Source of the DNA: Narcine bancroftii
Lineage: Eukaryota
Length of the DNA stretch: 64,000 nt
Reading direction: 5' to 3'
Assembly (NCBI RefSeq): GCF_036971445.1
Contig: NC_091472.1
Coordinates: 91,822,001 to 91,886,000, forward strand
A program made the position numbers and the translations under genes. The notes beneath the pieces are model-generated. The model saw nothing but the letters and a program-made list of their open reading frames with translations, searched no databases and had not been told where the DNA came from. Positions 50,311-62,630 of this stretch are shown in pieces; positions within the stretch are counted from its first letter, which is position 1; each line of letters begins with the position of its first letter.

Positions 50311-52159
50311 CCCCTGGCTACCTCTGAATAGGAGCCCAGCAGCGCCACCATGTGGCGGCCACAACCTCTCCATTAAAAAGACAAAATAGGAAACTGATAC
50401 AAGGGAACTTACCAGGATCAGCTGGTTAAGCAATCAGCTGGAGGACAGATCAGAATTCTATCATATCCCTGAAGTGACCTAGTGATAGTGGAATCCAAGG
50501 CATTGTAGGCAGCTTAGATAATAGACTAAAGAGATTGTGCTACAGCCACTTGTGTGGCTTCTATCTCAAAAGGATGCTGTGGCTTCCATAAAGGATGCTG
50601 TGGCTTCTGTACAATAATTGGGTCTACAAGTTGGGAAAGGTTTACTCTGGGCTCTCCCTCATGTCGTATGCAAGGTTGTAGTTTGAACCCAAGTTCTTAG
50701 ACATCTTATGCCAGCTTTTGAAAGGCTGGGCAATGTCCTAAGCATCTCCATGCACAGATTCTTCAGCCTTCTGATTCCTTTGGGGTAATACTTACCTTGA
50801 GCTTTTATCATCTGGGAAGCTGCTGCACTGTATTGCTTTTTGCTCAGTCTTAGCTGCAGTACACCTCCACAATTCACAACACTAAGTTGCCCTCTTTTTG
50901 CAAATTGTCTTCTTTTCTACTTCTCTGCAACTTGCAGTTCTGCTGTCTGGGTACGTGCAGTTATTGTGCAAATGAAAAAGAAAAGCAAAATGGTGCAATG
51001 ATAGTGTGGGAAAAGTTGGTGAGAAGGGCATGATGTAACTGTCTTGGTGAAGGCATTCTAGGATTAGGAGTAGGTGGGATATAGGCAGAGCATTTTAAAG
51101 TCACCACTGAGCCAATGATTGTAAACAAACCTTGGACAATTTTATTTTCGGACCAGGCACAGGACTGAACATAAGGCAGGAGAGAGAGGATCATGCTCTG
51201 CTGTGAAGCGCTGAAGTAGCACTGGGAAAACTGAGAGCTATATGGGAAGCGCTGAAGGAATGCTGGGAGAAATGACAGCTGTCAGAAGTGCAAGAGCCAT
51301 GAACTGGAAGCCGGTGGGGTGAGCTGCGGAGAGCGCGCCTGCTGTTGTCAACCTCTCTCCACCAATTGGGAGAGCTGAAGGCATGCACTAGGGCAGTTAG
51401 AATCCAGCGCGACGAATTTTGAACAGGTTAGTTGATTGGTCATACACATAATGCATAATCAAGTCAACAAATCATATAACTTCCTGTATTGGTTGGATTC
51501 TGTGGTGACCCCCTTACATGTAATCAGTTTCGGCAGGTGTGAAGGATTATACATACTTAAGATGTTTGACAAAAAACAAACTGCAGGTTGAACAGCATCT
51601 GTGGAGGGGGATGGGTGCAGGGTTGTGGGAGAAGGAGTATTGATATTTCTGATTGAGACCCTGCATCAGGACTAAAATGGCATAAAAATGCATTTGGATC
51701 CTCCACATCTCCTGATGTATGCTCAAAAACCCCACATTAATGCATAATGGTCAGCTGTAGCTGCCAGGTGAGCATGCACACACAGACCAACCGTCTGACT
51801 GACTTACATTTTAGTAAATTTTTACGTTAACATTTTTAGTCCCATTTCTCCACACACACACACACACACACACAGCTATATATTTAAATATTCTGTTTTA
51901 ATTCTTCTAACATCTCAGTTCTCAATCTTTTCAACCATAGAAATCTCCAGTGATTCAATAAAATTTTATTACACAACAGATATGGCAGTCCAAATAATTG
52001 TCAGCCAAGATATTATATAAATTTAAAATTATATGCCAGCTTTTTTATTCCTCTTGGATGACTTCAAATGGTTAGTTCTGCCTCAATGTCCATTATAGTT
52101 TGGTTGATAAGGCTCACTCAAGCCATCCCTTATGGATATATATTCCCATCACAAAGCAG

Positions 52160-52745
52160 AACCTTAAGCACATTCAAGTTTTTTTATTATCTCACTGTTC
52201 ATGTATAACCTGACAAAACTGCATTACTCTGGACCTTGGCACACATTTATACACAATACAGAGTATATAATCAAGCAAATCAAGTTTATTGTCAACTGAT
52301 TGCACAAGTACAGCATTTCTCTGGACCATGCTGCACACTCATACACAATATATAATAATCACGCACACAAGATAGATAGATATAATTTTAAATAAATAGA
52401 TATTGGGATGATTTACTTAGTTACAGGATACAGTTTATCAATCTCACAGCCTGTGGGGAAGATGTCATCTCCCAGCTTGAAAGTCCTGATTTTGATGCTC
52501 CTGTACTTCCTTCTTGATGACAGTGGGTCAGAGATACTGGATGCTAGACTGAAAGAGTCTTTTTTATACTTAAGTAAAACTCTCAGCAAATGTCATCAAT
52601 AGAGGAAAGAAGGGCCCTAGTAATCTTCTTGGCCGTTTTGATTATCTTTTGTGTGGAGTTCCAATCTGATGCTTTGCAGTTACCATACCACATAATGGTG
52701 AAGCCAGACAGGACACTCTCAAATGTGCTTCTGTAAAATATAGGC
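52160..52745 (-). mobile_element. Rex/Babar-type 3' fragments
   Basis: Reverse tail 'tttattgtc' and reverse C-terminal 'FQSSISDPLSSRRKYRSI' similar to other Rex copies. Confidence 0.5.
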
Positions 52746-53399
52746 CAATATTCTCCTGCTGTACAGAGAGTACTGGACTTTTGAGGATGCTATATTTCAG
52801 AAAAGAGCACTATTTCATAGAGTAGGAGATTTATTGACAGTGTCCTGAGCAATATTTATTTCTCAACCAACATTATTATCGTACCACTATTTGAAGACTA
52901 CTGCATGAAAGATGGGGAATAAGTTTCTAATACATTACAATGCCACAGAATAATTTTTTTGCTGTAAAATGCTGTAGGACAATATTGAGGCAGACATTTA
53001 GAGAATTTTTACAAAACACATTATAACATGAAATAAAAATTCCAAGAAGACCCATCATCTACGGTTAACTTAAAATAATTAAAAGATAGTATCGAACTTT
53101 AAGAAAAAAAAATTTGTTGTCGAAAAACAGGTGGCAGCTTAGAAGGTTGGACAGAAGATTAAAAACAAAGATGAATAAGGATGGAAAACTACGATAAAGT
53201 TAGAAATATAAATGGGAGTCTTGAGATGCAAAGCGATGTGGGAGTCCATGTATTTTGGCTAAGAAAAGACAAGTTGGCAAGTAATTGATTATTGTGAGAG
53301 AAATTGACCAAATGGAGAGAGGAAATCCTTAGCCTACCATCGATCAAAATGACCAAGTAGCATTTAGGAGAAGCAGGAACAGCTGGACACCCATTGCAA

Positions 53400-54040
53400 A
53401 CCCCGGCGAAAGGACACCCTCTCAAACCACTCACCCCGTCCCAGCCCTGCCTATGGGGCCCACATTTTCCTCATCAACTTCCGCAGTGGAAGCAAATCAT
53501 TCTCTATCCCAAGAGACTGGAGCCTTTCACACAAACCTGGAGTGTGGGGATCTGCTCGACCACATCTCTACTGGACCGGAACACTAACCAGGTTCGGAGC
53601 AGCGGTCGGTGACAAACACATCCTGCGCAGAGCGCGGCGAAGGACCGGCTCAAAGTCCAAGCGGCTGTTCTCGCAGAATGCCAGAGAATAATGGTCTTAA
53701 TGGGGCTCAACAGAAGAGGGATGCAGCCGCGACCGAGCTCCCTCCTCTTCTATTTGTCTTTACTGTGTATCGCGTCTTAGCGCTTACAATAAAGGTCAAA
53801 AGCAGGGGCAGGCGAGCATCTGGTTTATCGTCCAGTGAGAAATGGCTGCGCCGCAGAGGAGGAAAGCCCCCGCCTTGCAGTGAACAAAATGAGTTCATTC
53901 GGCAAGCGGGCTCAGGTATCAACGTGGAAGGGTAATTGGAGTGTGTACGGCTATCTAGTGAAGTCTTAGGGGCGGTGTTGGCTTCTGCCTCCAGAGTCGG
54001 AGCTGCCTTCATCTATTTATTATGCCCAAAACGTGAAACC
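53400..54040 (+). promoter_or_regulatory. POLR3F: CpG-rich promoter and 5' UTR of POLR3F
   Basis: CpG-enriched with GC-box-like sites (ccccgcc ~53868, ggggcgg ~53969), directly upstream of the ATG. Confidence 0.65.
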
Positions 54041-54096
54041 ATGGAAGATGTGAAAGTTAAACAAGAAGCTCCTGATCCTGTAACATTGGAAACCAG
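54041..54096 (+). CDS. POLR3F: POLR3F (RNA polymerase III subunit RPC6/RPC39) exon 1 (MEDVKVKQEAPDPVTLET)
   Basis: Kozak accATGG, donor AG|gtaaaa; resembles the recalled MAEVKVK..DPVEIENR. Confidence 0.92.
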
Positions 54097-54852
54097 GTAA
54101 AAGAGTTTTTTTTTGTCCAAGCGATTAAGCTGCTGCAGAAACTGATGTTTTCAGGTGAACCCAATCTTGTAGTGATCTCATTTCTGTGTGGGAGTGACAA
54201 AGGGATAGGTGAATTGGTATTAAATTAACATATACCAACAAGTATCATCCTGAGAGGCAAATCTGCATACACCTGCCTTTATTCCAAAAGTGGTTCAGTA
54301 AAATGGAAACAAAGTTGAGTGAAAGTTAATTAATCTAGCTTGCTTGGCATTTTGCTGCTCAAATGGCTGATTTTTCAGTCTGCTGCACCTTGTTGTTTTG
54401 AATCCTTCAAAACACTTTCTGCTTTTATGTAATATCTTTTTTCTTAAAAAGCGAATTTAAATTCCCAGCGGGTTTCAAGAGAGTGTGGGAATAAAGCCCC
54501 AGTGAGTTTCAAGGAGCACTGGGTTCTGACCCTGATGTATCTAAAGGAGCACAAGAACCATTGGGATTTCTGAATAGTGCAAGAGTGGATTATCAGAGTT
54601 TGACTATTTGTGTTTTGGTTTCTAGATTTGCCCTCTTGGTTTATGGATGTGTAATTTTTATGCATATGTATCTTTTCCCTTTTGCCTTGTACTGTAAATT
54701 GTGCTTCCATCATATGAATTTGTGATGGTTCAAGATAGCCTAGTTTTGAGATTTCTGGAGCAGAGCTAATATAGACATGCCTTGCAACTTCAGTGAGACT
54801 GAAGAATTATTCCTTCTGTTTGATCAGGTTTTTAAATTCTCTTCTCCCTCAG

Positions 54853-54970
54853 GATTTTGGAATTGTGCCAGCAGTTCCCACAGGGAATCACGGACCAAGT
54901 TATTCAGAATGACATGCCACAGGTTGAGCCGCAGAAGAGAGCAATGGTCATCAACAGGCTTCTCTCTATC
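54853..54970 (+). CDS. POLR3F: POLR3F exon 2 (ILELCQQFPQGITDQVIQNDMPQVEPQKRAMVINRLLSI)
   Basis: 118 nt, ctcag acceptor, gtaggt donor; near-identical to the recalled RPC6 winged-helix. Confidence 0.96.
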
Positions 54971-56226
54971 GTAGGTTACCTGATGTTCATAATAAGTGGA
55001 CTTGCATTTATATCATGCCCTTTGTGATTTCAAACTTCTCAAGGCACTTTTGCAGCTAATGGAGTGGTTTTTTTTAAAAAAGTAGAATCGCAGTAGCCAA
55101 TTTGTACATAGCATAGCAACTGCAATGGTGCAATAACCAAGTGTCAGCTAAGAATTAAAGTTGTTCAGTATTTCCTCCCCCTACTTTTCTCTGCATGGAG
55201 TTGGGTGATATTTGACACCCACTTGCCTTAGCATTTGCTTGGTATTGCACTGGGGTCTTGGGCTAGATTATGGGCTTTAGTCTCTGGAGTGAAACCTAGA
55301 ATTATGGTGTTAGAATTTTTGCCTGCCATTGTTTTTCGAAGTTTATCTTGACTATCTCCTATTTCTCATTTACGTTCACTCCCTTGATATAATTACAGAA
55401 GCATCACATTGATTTTTACGTCTATAGAGCTGATACTCTGGTTTACTCCATTATTAATTATCAGTGCAAGAGTTCTAGTCTGGTTTTTTTTTGACTATTG
55501 TTACCCCCAGCTAAATTTTGGGAAGACTGGTGCCATTATCACTTTAATATCACTTTTCCTTGAGGCTTTGCCAGATTATTCTTAAATTTGATGTTCGATA
55601 TGAACATGAGAGCAACCTCCAGTAAGGCTGCTTCCATGGTAATGACCCCTGGCTTTGCTTGCTCACTTTCAATAACTTTAACCACCACATGTGATTTTTT
55701 TTTTTAAAAATGTAAGCTTTCCTCTTTATTTCCAAGTATTTCAACATCCTTGCCCTTCCCTCTCTCTAACTTCCACCAGTCTTGCAGTTAGAGATGAGGT
55801 TCTTCAATTCTGTCTGTTGGACATACCTAATTTTAATCATTGCACTATTTAGTGTTTAGGAATTCACTCTGAAAAGATATTTGTCTAAAATCTACCTTGT
55901 ACATCTTTATATAACAACTCTTTGTAGTCACTGAGTCAAATCTTGTTTGCTAAAGCACCTTGGAATGCTCTATTGCATTATAGTCTTTATAAATGCATGC
56001 TCTTTATAAAGGCCTGTGGCCTTCTGAATTAAGTGTTGTATTACTTGAGGGCAATACTTTTCTAATCAATTGTGTGCTTGCACTCCCCAGTATCTGAAGT
56101 CCTAATCTGACTGATATCCTTAGGTGATGATGGTGAGGAATCCAGAAATTGCACTGGTGTAAGTTTGAAATTTTGATTAGTTTCAGGCAGGAAAAGTTAA
56201 AAATTATTATTCTTGAATCATTTCAG

Positions 56227-56294
56227 GGCCAGCTAGATTTGCTGAGGGGCACTGCTGGTCTCCTTTACCGCATAAAGGATTCCCAAACTGCAAG
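56227..56294 (+). CDS. POLR3F: POLR3F exon 3 (GQLDLLRGTAGLLYRIKDSQTA)
   Basis: 68 nt, tttcag acceptor, AG|gtaagc donor. Confidence 0.96.
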
Positions 56295-56489
56295 GTAAGC
56301 AATTTTGGTGGCCTCTTCTATTTGATCTCTGATATAGCTGGGGAAAGAGCCAGCTTTGTATCATTCACATTTAGAATTTGTTCACTGTGGACCATGCATG
56401 TTTGCAGGAGAAGACAATTCTGACTTTTGCTCTGGTGTTCAGCCACATTATGGCAAATGTGTCTCTTAGTTCAATTTTATTGTCTTAAA

Positions 56490-56960
56490 GGTGGATGCAA
56501 ATGAGATTTACCAGGATGTTGTCTGGCTTGGAGAAATGGTCTTATGAGGCAAAGTTAGCAGAGCTGGGTCTTTTCTCTTTGGAGCAAAGAAGAATGAAGG
56601 ATGTCTTAATAGAGGTCAACAAGATTATGAGAGGCATAGATAGGATGTACAGCCAGCACCATTTTATCAGGGTGACAGTAGCAAATACCAGAGGACTTTT
56701 TTTTAAGCTAAGGGAAGAAAGGTTTAGGGGAGATATTAGCTGTAAGGTGTTTTTTTACCCACAGAGTAGTGGGTACCTGGAATGTATTGCCATAGCTAAT
56801 GATGGAGGGACATTAAAAGACACTTGTGCATATGGATGCAGGAAAAATAGAGAGTTATGGGTGTGAGATAATGAAGGTTTAGATGGTTGAGTAGGTTTAT
56901 ATAGGTTGGCACAACATCAGCCTCTACTGTTCTGTAATGTTCTATGAGTTTTGTTCTATT
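56490..56960 (+). mobile_element. CR1 LINE 3' fragment
   Basis: 'QMRFTRMLSGL..YEAKLAELGLFSLEQRRM..KIMRGID' plus a CR1 tail. Confidence 0.8.
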
Positions 56961-57439
56961 TATTCATTTTTCAAGATCTGGACAAGACTGGTATTTTTTG
57001 CCCTTCCCTAATTGCCCTGAAAAATAGTGGGTTCCTTGCAAGCAAGGTTATTCAAGTCATACATGTGGTGGGTTTCATGAATGGCATACAGCATAAGGAT
57101 GGCACAATTCCTTAATTAATGAACAAGATGGGCTTTTATAACCATACTGTATGTTTTTTTTAATGATTACTGTTATTAACACTTGCACTAGAACTAAACT
57201 CCAGATTATTAACTGGTTAGTGTCCGCAGCTGCTATGACAGAATTTTGAACTTTTGTCTCCTGGATTGTTAATGCAGGCATCTGCATTACTACTCCAGTA
57301 ACTTAACTACTGTATTGTTGTCATACCCTGTATGAGGAGTAGGTGAGACATTTGTTTTTCATTTTGTCCTTGCTTCCTTATATGAAGTAGACTGAAGCAT
57401 TACTTCATATAATTGGTTAAAAAGGGAAAGTTAAGATGG

Positions 57440-57660
57440 TTAAAACATACAGCACTGTAACAGGCCAATTCACCCTACAAGTCCGTGCTGCCAAATTTAC
57501 AGCCCATTAACCTACACCCCGGTATGTTTTAAATGGTGAGAGGAAACTTGAGCCCCCAGAGAAAACCCACAGGGAGAATGTACAAACTCCTTACAGACGA
57601 CACGGGATTCAAACCCAGGTCCGGTCCCAATAGCTGGCACTGTAAAGGTGTAGCTCAATT
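57440..57660 (-). repeat. V-SINE (HE1-like) remnant
   Basis: 'gaggaaac..gagcccc..gagaaaacccac.agggagaatgtacaaactccttacagac' plus a tRNA B-box-like 'gggattcaaaccc'. Confidence 0.55.
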
Positions 57661-58404
57661 GGCAGGAATATCATTTTGAGAAGTGCTGGTCCCTTTTAAT
57701 GTAAAGTAAGTGATGTAATGAGGGACTGTTTGATTGTTACTCTGGAAGCATGAATCTTTTGAATAAGCTATGTTCTTATTTTCCACCAAAATATTTGTCT
57801 TTTCTTCTGGAAACTAAAGAACGCAGCGCAATTGCAAATCTTGAATTCTGAGGAAATGCTTTCAGCACTTTTATTGTGGAGTTGTACAGCTGGGAACCAT
57901 ATAGTTTGTCCAACTGAATCTGTGCTGACTTACTAGCATCCCATTTTACTCTTCCCACATTCCTCTCCAGAAATGCTTTTCTGATAGGCATTTCTTCTCT
58001 CTGGTATCTAGTCCCCGATTTCTCCCTGCAGGTCCTTTCTTGCCTCTCTCTACTGCTTTTCACAGGGATTATCTGGGTGATCCTGATTCCTGTTCAAATG
58101 TAGTTTTGTCACCCCCTTGCTGTGTTCACATTAAGGAATACTACAAAATCTCAAACTGTTTGTCCCTTTCCAGCCTGTCGTATTTATAGTTTTATAACCC
58201 AAGGATGGAGATAAGTGATTTTCAATTCAGACTTGTTTTCTTCTCAAACAAATAAATTAAAAACACAGATCAAATCCAATGTTGGTCCTGAAATCATGGC
58301 ACAGAAAATTAATACAATAATCTGAGGATTATTGACTCTTTATTTTGGAAAACTTTTAACCTTTACTCATAAATGTAAATTATAATTTTTAATTTTTGAA
58401 TTAG

Positions 58405-58472
58405 CAAGATGAAAGGATCTGACAATCAGGAGAAGCTGGTTTATCAAATCATTGAAGATGCTGGAAATAAAG
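58405..58472 (+). CDS. POLR3F: POLR3F exon 4 (KMKGSDNQEKLVYQIIEDAGNK)
   Basis: 68 nt, ttag acceptor, G|gtacag donor; matches the recalled human sequence. The gene continues beyond the window. Confidence 0.96.
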
Positions 58473-58504
58473 GTACAGTAAAATCTTCAAACTTTTTTTC
58501 AAAA

Positions 58505-59680
58505 AGGGTTTAGCAAAAGGCAGGAAACTATAAGCCAGTTATCTTAACATCTGTAATTGGAAAATGCTCACAGCAATCATTAAGAAATAGCAGGACTTCT
58601 GGATAAAAATACATCCATCAGGCAGATGTGGCATAGATTCAGGAAGAGCAGGTTCTGTTTAACAAACTTATTGGACTACTTTAAGGATGCCACAAACACA
58701 GTGGATGGAAGGGAACAAGTGGATGTTGTGTATTTGGATTTTGAGAAGGCATTTGATATGGTGCTACAGGAAAGCTAATCCGTAAGATAAGGATGCATAG
58801 AGTTGGGGGTAAAGGACTAATTAACTGTCAGAAGAAAGATTTGGAGGAGGAAATGTGTGTAGTGTATCTAAGTTGGTTGTTGATGTGGAATTGAGTGGAA
58901 AAGCCAACTTTCCAGAGGATGTGGAGAGTCTGCAGAAAGATAAGTTAGTAGGCAAGGGTTCAGCAGATAGAATATCATGTTGGTAAATGCAAGATCATCT
59001 ACTTTGCAAGAAATATTGAAGATCATATTATTACTTAAATGATGAAACATTTCAACATGCTGTTGTGCAGAAGGTCTTGGGAGTGCTTGTGCATGAATTT
59101 CAAAAGGTTTGCAGGTGCAATGGGTATTCAAGAAGACAAATAGAATGTTGTCCTTCATTGTGAGAGGGATTGAATTTAGGAGCAGGGGCATTCTGTTGCA
59201 ACTTTACAGGGTACTGATGAGGCTGCACCTGGAGTACTCGGTGCAGTTGTGGACTACTCATGAGAAAGGATACACTGGCTTTGCAGGTGGTGCATGAAAA
59301 ATAATATACTAGTTTTGGAGGCGGTGCAGAGGTTCACCAGGTTGATTCCAGAGATGAAGGCATTTTATGAGAGAGTGACCTGGGACTGTACTTGCTGTTA
59401 TTTAGAAGAATGAGAGGGGGATCTTATAGAAACCTAAAATTATGAAAAGAATGGATAAGATAGAGGCCATAAAGTTGTTTTCACTGGGAAGACTAGAATT
59501 TGGGCCATCAAGATTCAGGGGAATAGGTTTTGGACAGAGATGATGATGAGGAACTGCTTTTCCCAAAGAGAGGTGAATCTGAAAATCTCTGCCAAGGGAA
59601 GCAGTGGATGCTGCTTTATTCAATATGTGTAAAACGCAGATGGATCTTTCCAAAGTAGGGGAATTGAGGATTATGGGAAA
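58505..59680 (+). mobile_element. CR1 LINE fragment, decayed
   Basis: 'GNYKPV', 'VYLDFEKAFD' and 'LYRVLMRLHLEYSVQLW' remnants. Confidence 0.75.
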
Positions 59681-59987
59681 TCGACTGTCAGCCTTTTGGG
59701 TTGAAACCTGAAATGTTGATTGTCCAGTTTCCTTTATATTTTCCAAGGATGAATGCTGTCTGACTTGCTGATTTCCTCTGGCAGTCTGCTCTTTTACACT
59801 GTTGAGAGAGATTAACTCAGGTTTGTAAGACATTTCAAAACAGTCCCATTTACATTCCTATCCCCTCCATGTCCTTGGGTATGATGGCTTTAAAAAAGAA
59901 TGGAGGGAATCATTTAAAATATTACCTGAGAGAGCCTGGGTGGATAAGAAAAAGAGACGAAGGAACAGTGGGTGTGGGCAGATGGGT

Positions 59988-60290
59988 CGGTAGTTTTCAA
60001 ACTGCCCCCTCCTTAACTTGCATTCCACCTTAAGCAATCCCTATGCCATAAGTGCTCTGTGATTGGTAAGGGATTGTGGAATGTGAGTGGGAAGGGAAGG
60101 TTGAGAACCATTGCTCTAGACCCAATTGTTATTGAAATAATTTGGTTGAGAAAAATTGTCATTGGCCCATTTCCTTTGGAGTTGTGAAACTGTGCACGTA
60201 ACCAGTCAATTAGGGATGAGATGGTGGTTTTCAAACCTTTTTCTTTTCACTCACATACCGCATTGAGTGACTTGACCTGTGTAATGAGTT
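59988..60290. mobile_element. hAT-Charlie-like MITE remnants
   Basis: TIR-like 'cggtagttttcaaac' ... 'aggttgagaaccattg' followed by CTCTAGA (Charlie target preference). A second TIR-like start lies at ~60222. Confidence 0.5.
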
Positions 60291-61244
60291 GTAAGTAGTA
60301 AGAAGTTGGAACTTGCCCAGTAGTCTTTTGTTCCTTGGTTAACTATTATAGTGCAATGATTAGGTGGCAGACACTTCAATGACAGTGTAGAGTGAGAGTT
60401 TTTCAATTGGTTAGGGTACTGGTCATCTAGGTGCTTTGCAGGATGTTGTTGAGTAATAACGGAGTGGATTCTAAAAAACATCCTGACATCTGCTTTGGAT
60501 GTCTTTGGGGAGTTGGTGAAACTGATCTGCTGTGGTACTGCTGCTGAATATTGGAGACAATGTATTAATATCTCCACTGACTCCAGGGAATCTTTGGGAC
60601 ATGAAAATTCACAAAGTGAAAAATGAAAATTAGCTTGTCTTAGGCAGAATAGTTCGGTACTGATCTGCCCGGTCCATTATTCACATCTGACCCATCTGTG
60701 GAAGAGTCGATGGTTACCATGTTGGACCTCAGAATCAACAACACTGGGATTTATTAAACATGAGATTGAGGTTCAAAAGCTGTGATGTTGCAGCTATATT
60801 CAAAATTGCTTTATTGTCATGTAATAGTATAGAACATGTAATATTTTACTAAATTGCCTTCTGCCTGCTGTAAGGCAGACAAAGAGTTGCCATATGTGTC
60901 ACCTGGCACCCCTCTCAGAACAATAGAGAGTCCCTTCAGAATCACTTGAGTGTCTGTCCAGCAATCCCACAGCCTTTGCAGGCACACAGTCTCCTGTTCA
61001 ATCCATTGGCAAACCGAACTCCAGATCCAAACCTCCAACACGATCAGAAAGCCTTCAGTATCCGAGGCTCTTCGGGAACCCTTCTTGCCATCATTATCCT
61101 CTGGAATCATGGCTCTGATACCTGGTTCCCATTAGCCAGTCACCTGGTCACAAGTTGCCTGTAGCTGTGTGGGTCCCTCAGCTGCTGAGCCCCTTGATGG
61201 TGTGCTGCTGTGATCACCATCCTGTAGGGTCGTCTCCTCTGCTT

Positions 61245-62120
61245 TTTTTTGGTATATTTTATTTATTCAGAATAAGACATACAATCAAATAAAGGATACA
61301 AATATACATAATTTTCTCCCTTAATTCCCTCCCCTCCCCTACCCATCTAACCCCCACCCCCCACACCCCCCCCCCCCCCACTGGCAATAACTACCCCACC
61401 TGATACAGTGTTTACGCTACCAAGATCAAGAGATGATTTTGAGACTTGCAGTTCAGAATGCCAGACGTAATCAGGGCCCTTTGATTGTTCAGAATAATGT
61501 ATTTTTAATGCTGATTTAAGTCAGGATATTATTAAACATCGTAAAAAATTTAATTCAGCTAAAGCTGTTTTGTGGAAGAAAGGGTGTAAGTTTGCTTTTC
61601 ATTATCCTGCAGTGTTGAAGTTTTTTTTTGGTAATTATCAGTCTCAATTTTTTGATAATGACCATGAGGCTCTTGTTTTTACTAATTCTCTACCTGTTAA
61701 TAAAGAAGGGTCAAGACCAGTCTTTTCAACAACCTGTGGTAGTTTCTGGAGGGGGGAGCAAGAAAAAAGAGATGGAGACGCAACAACTGATTGATGATGA
61801 TCAAGTTAACCGTGCGTTAGAAGTGGCTTACCATACTTGATTTGAATGCTTCTCTTTCTCAATGTGGTTGGGGGGGGGGCATGGGCGTGGGGAGCGTGCT
61901 TTCCCTGTTTATGGTGCCTTGTACCGCTCCGCTGATCCCCTGAAGTCTGCAACCTCTCATAACCACTGCTGAACACAAGCCCTGCCATCTTGGACACAGA
62001 CCTGTGGCTGCAGTATTTTAATTTAAACACAGTTGGCTCCTCTATCAGGCCATTTAATGAAGGCGTTGGCATTAGGACTGGGAGATTGAACTTTTTGGAG
62101 CTTTGTGTCTGCTTTCTGTT
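61245..62120. mobile_element. Rearranged L1-clade fragments (ORF1 C-terminus on + at ~61420-61800; 3' and 5' ends on -)
   Basis: 'RKKFNSAKAVLWKKGCKFAFHYPAVLK' resembles L1 ORF1p CTD. Reverse poly(A)/AATAAA at ~61245-61265 and reverse 'caagatggc' at ~61985. Confidence 0.45.
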
Positions 62121-62129
62121 CTCCTGGGA

Positions 62130-62630
62130 GAGCTGCCACTACATAAGACTTTAGTTAGACCACACTTGTTGAATTCTGGTTGGTTCACTACAAGAAGGAT
62201 ATGGATGCTATAGGGAGGTGCAGAGGAGATTTACAAAGTTGCTGCCTGGATTGGAGAGCATGCCTTTTAAGGATAGATTGAGTGAACTTGGTCTTTTTCC
62301 TTAGATGAGGCGTGACCTGATAGAGGTGTATTAGATGATGTAATGAGAGGTATTGATCATGTGGATGGCCAGAGGTTTTTTTGAAGGGCTGAAATGGCTT
62401 ACATGAGGGAGTATAATTTTAAGATTCTTGGGAGCAAGTACAGGGGGTATATAAGGAAAGTTTTTTCACACAGACTGGCTGCTGGTAATAAGATTTTGTA
62501 AAAGAATAATTGATGGGTACATGTAACTGAGACAAATGGAGGGTTATGCAGTTGGGAAATTGTAGGCAGTTGTTAGAATTAGGACAGTACAACACTGTGG
62601 GCCAGATTTCTATTTTTGTGTTCTATGTAC
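62130..62630 (+). mobile_element. CR1 LINE 3' fragment
   Basis: 'YKTLVRPHL', 'QRRFTKLLPGL' and 'DLIEVY' remnants. Confidence 0.7.

Larger units (their letters stand above)
34959..50377 (-). mobile_element. Old class III (ERV-L/ERV-S-like) endogenous retrovirus, fragmented by later insertions
   Basis: 3' LTR 36593 to 34959 with PPT at 36594-36606. 5' LTR remnant ~50321-50377 matches 36537-36593. 5-bp TSD AAAAC/AAGAC. Co-oriented gag-pro-pol (50310-47700) and env (37345-36650). Confidence 0.7.

Noticed and set aside
50400-51550. Possible Myb/SANT partner gene of the Harbinger, or an extra host exon (donor at ~50795)
   Set aside because: Lies outside the enclosing ERV boundary, has stops in all frames, and no domain could be recognised.
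53128-53148. Possible right-hand Harbinger TIR (caggtggcagcttagaagg)
   Set aside because: Only a partial match to the left end and inconsistent with the nesting order.
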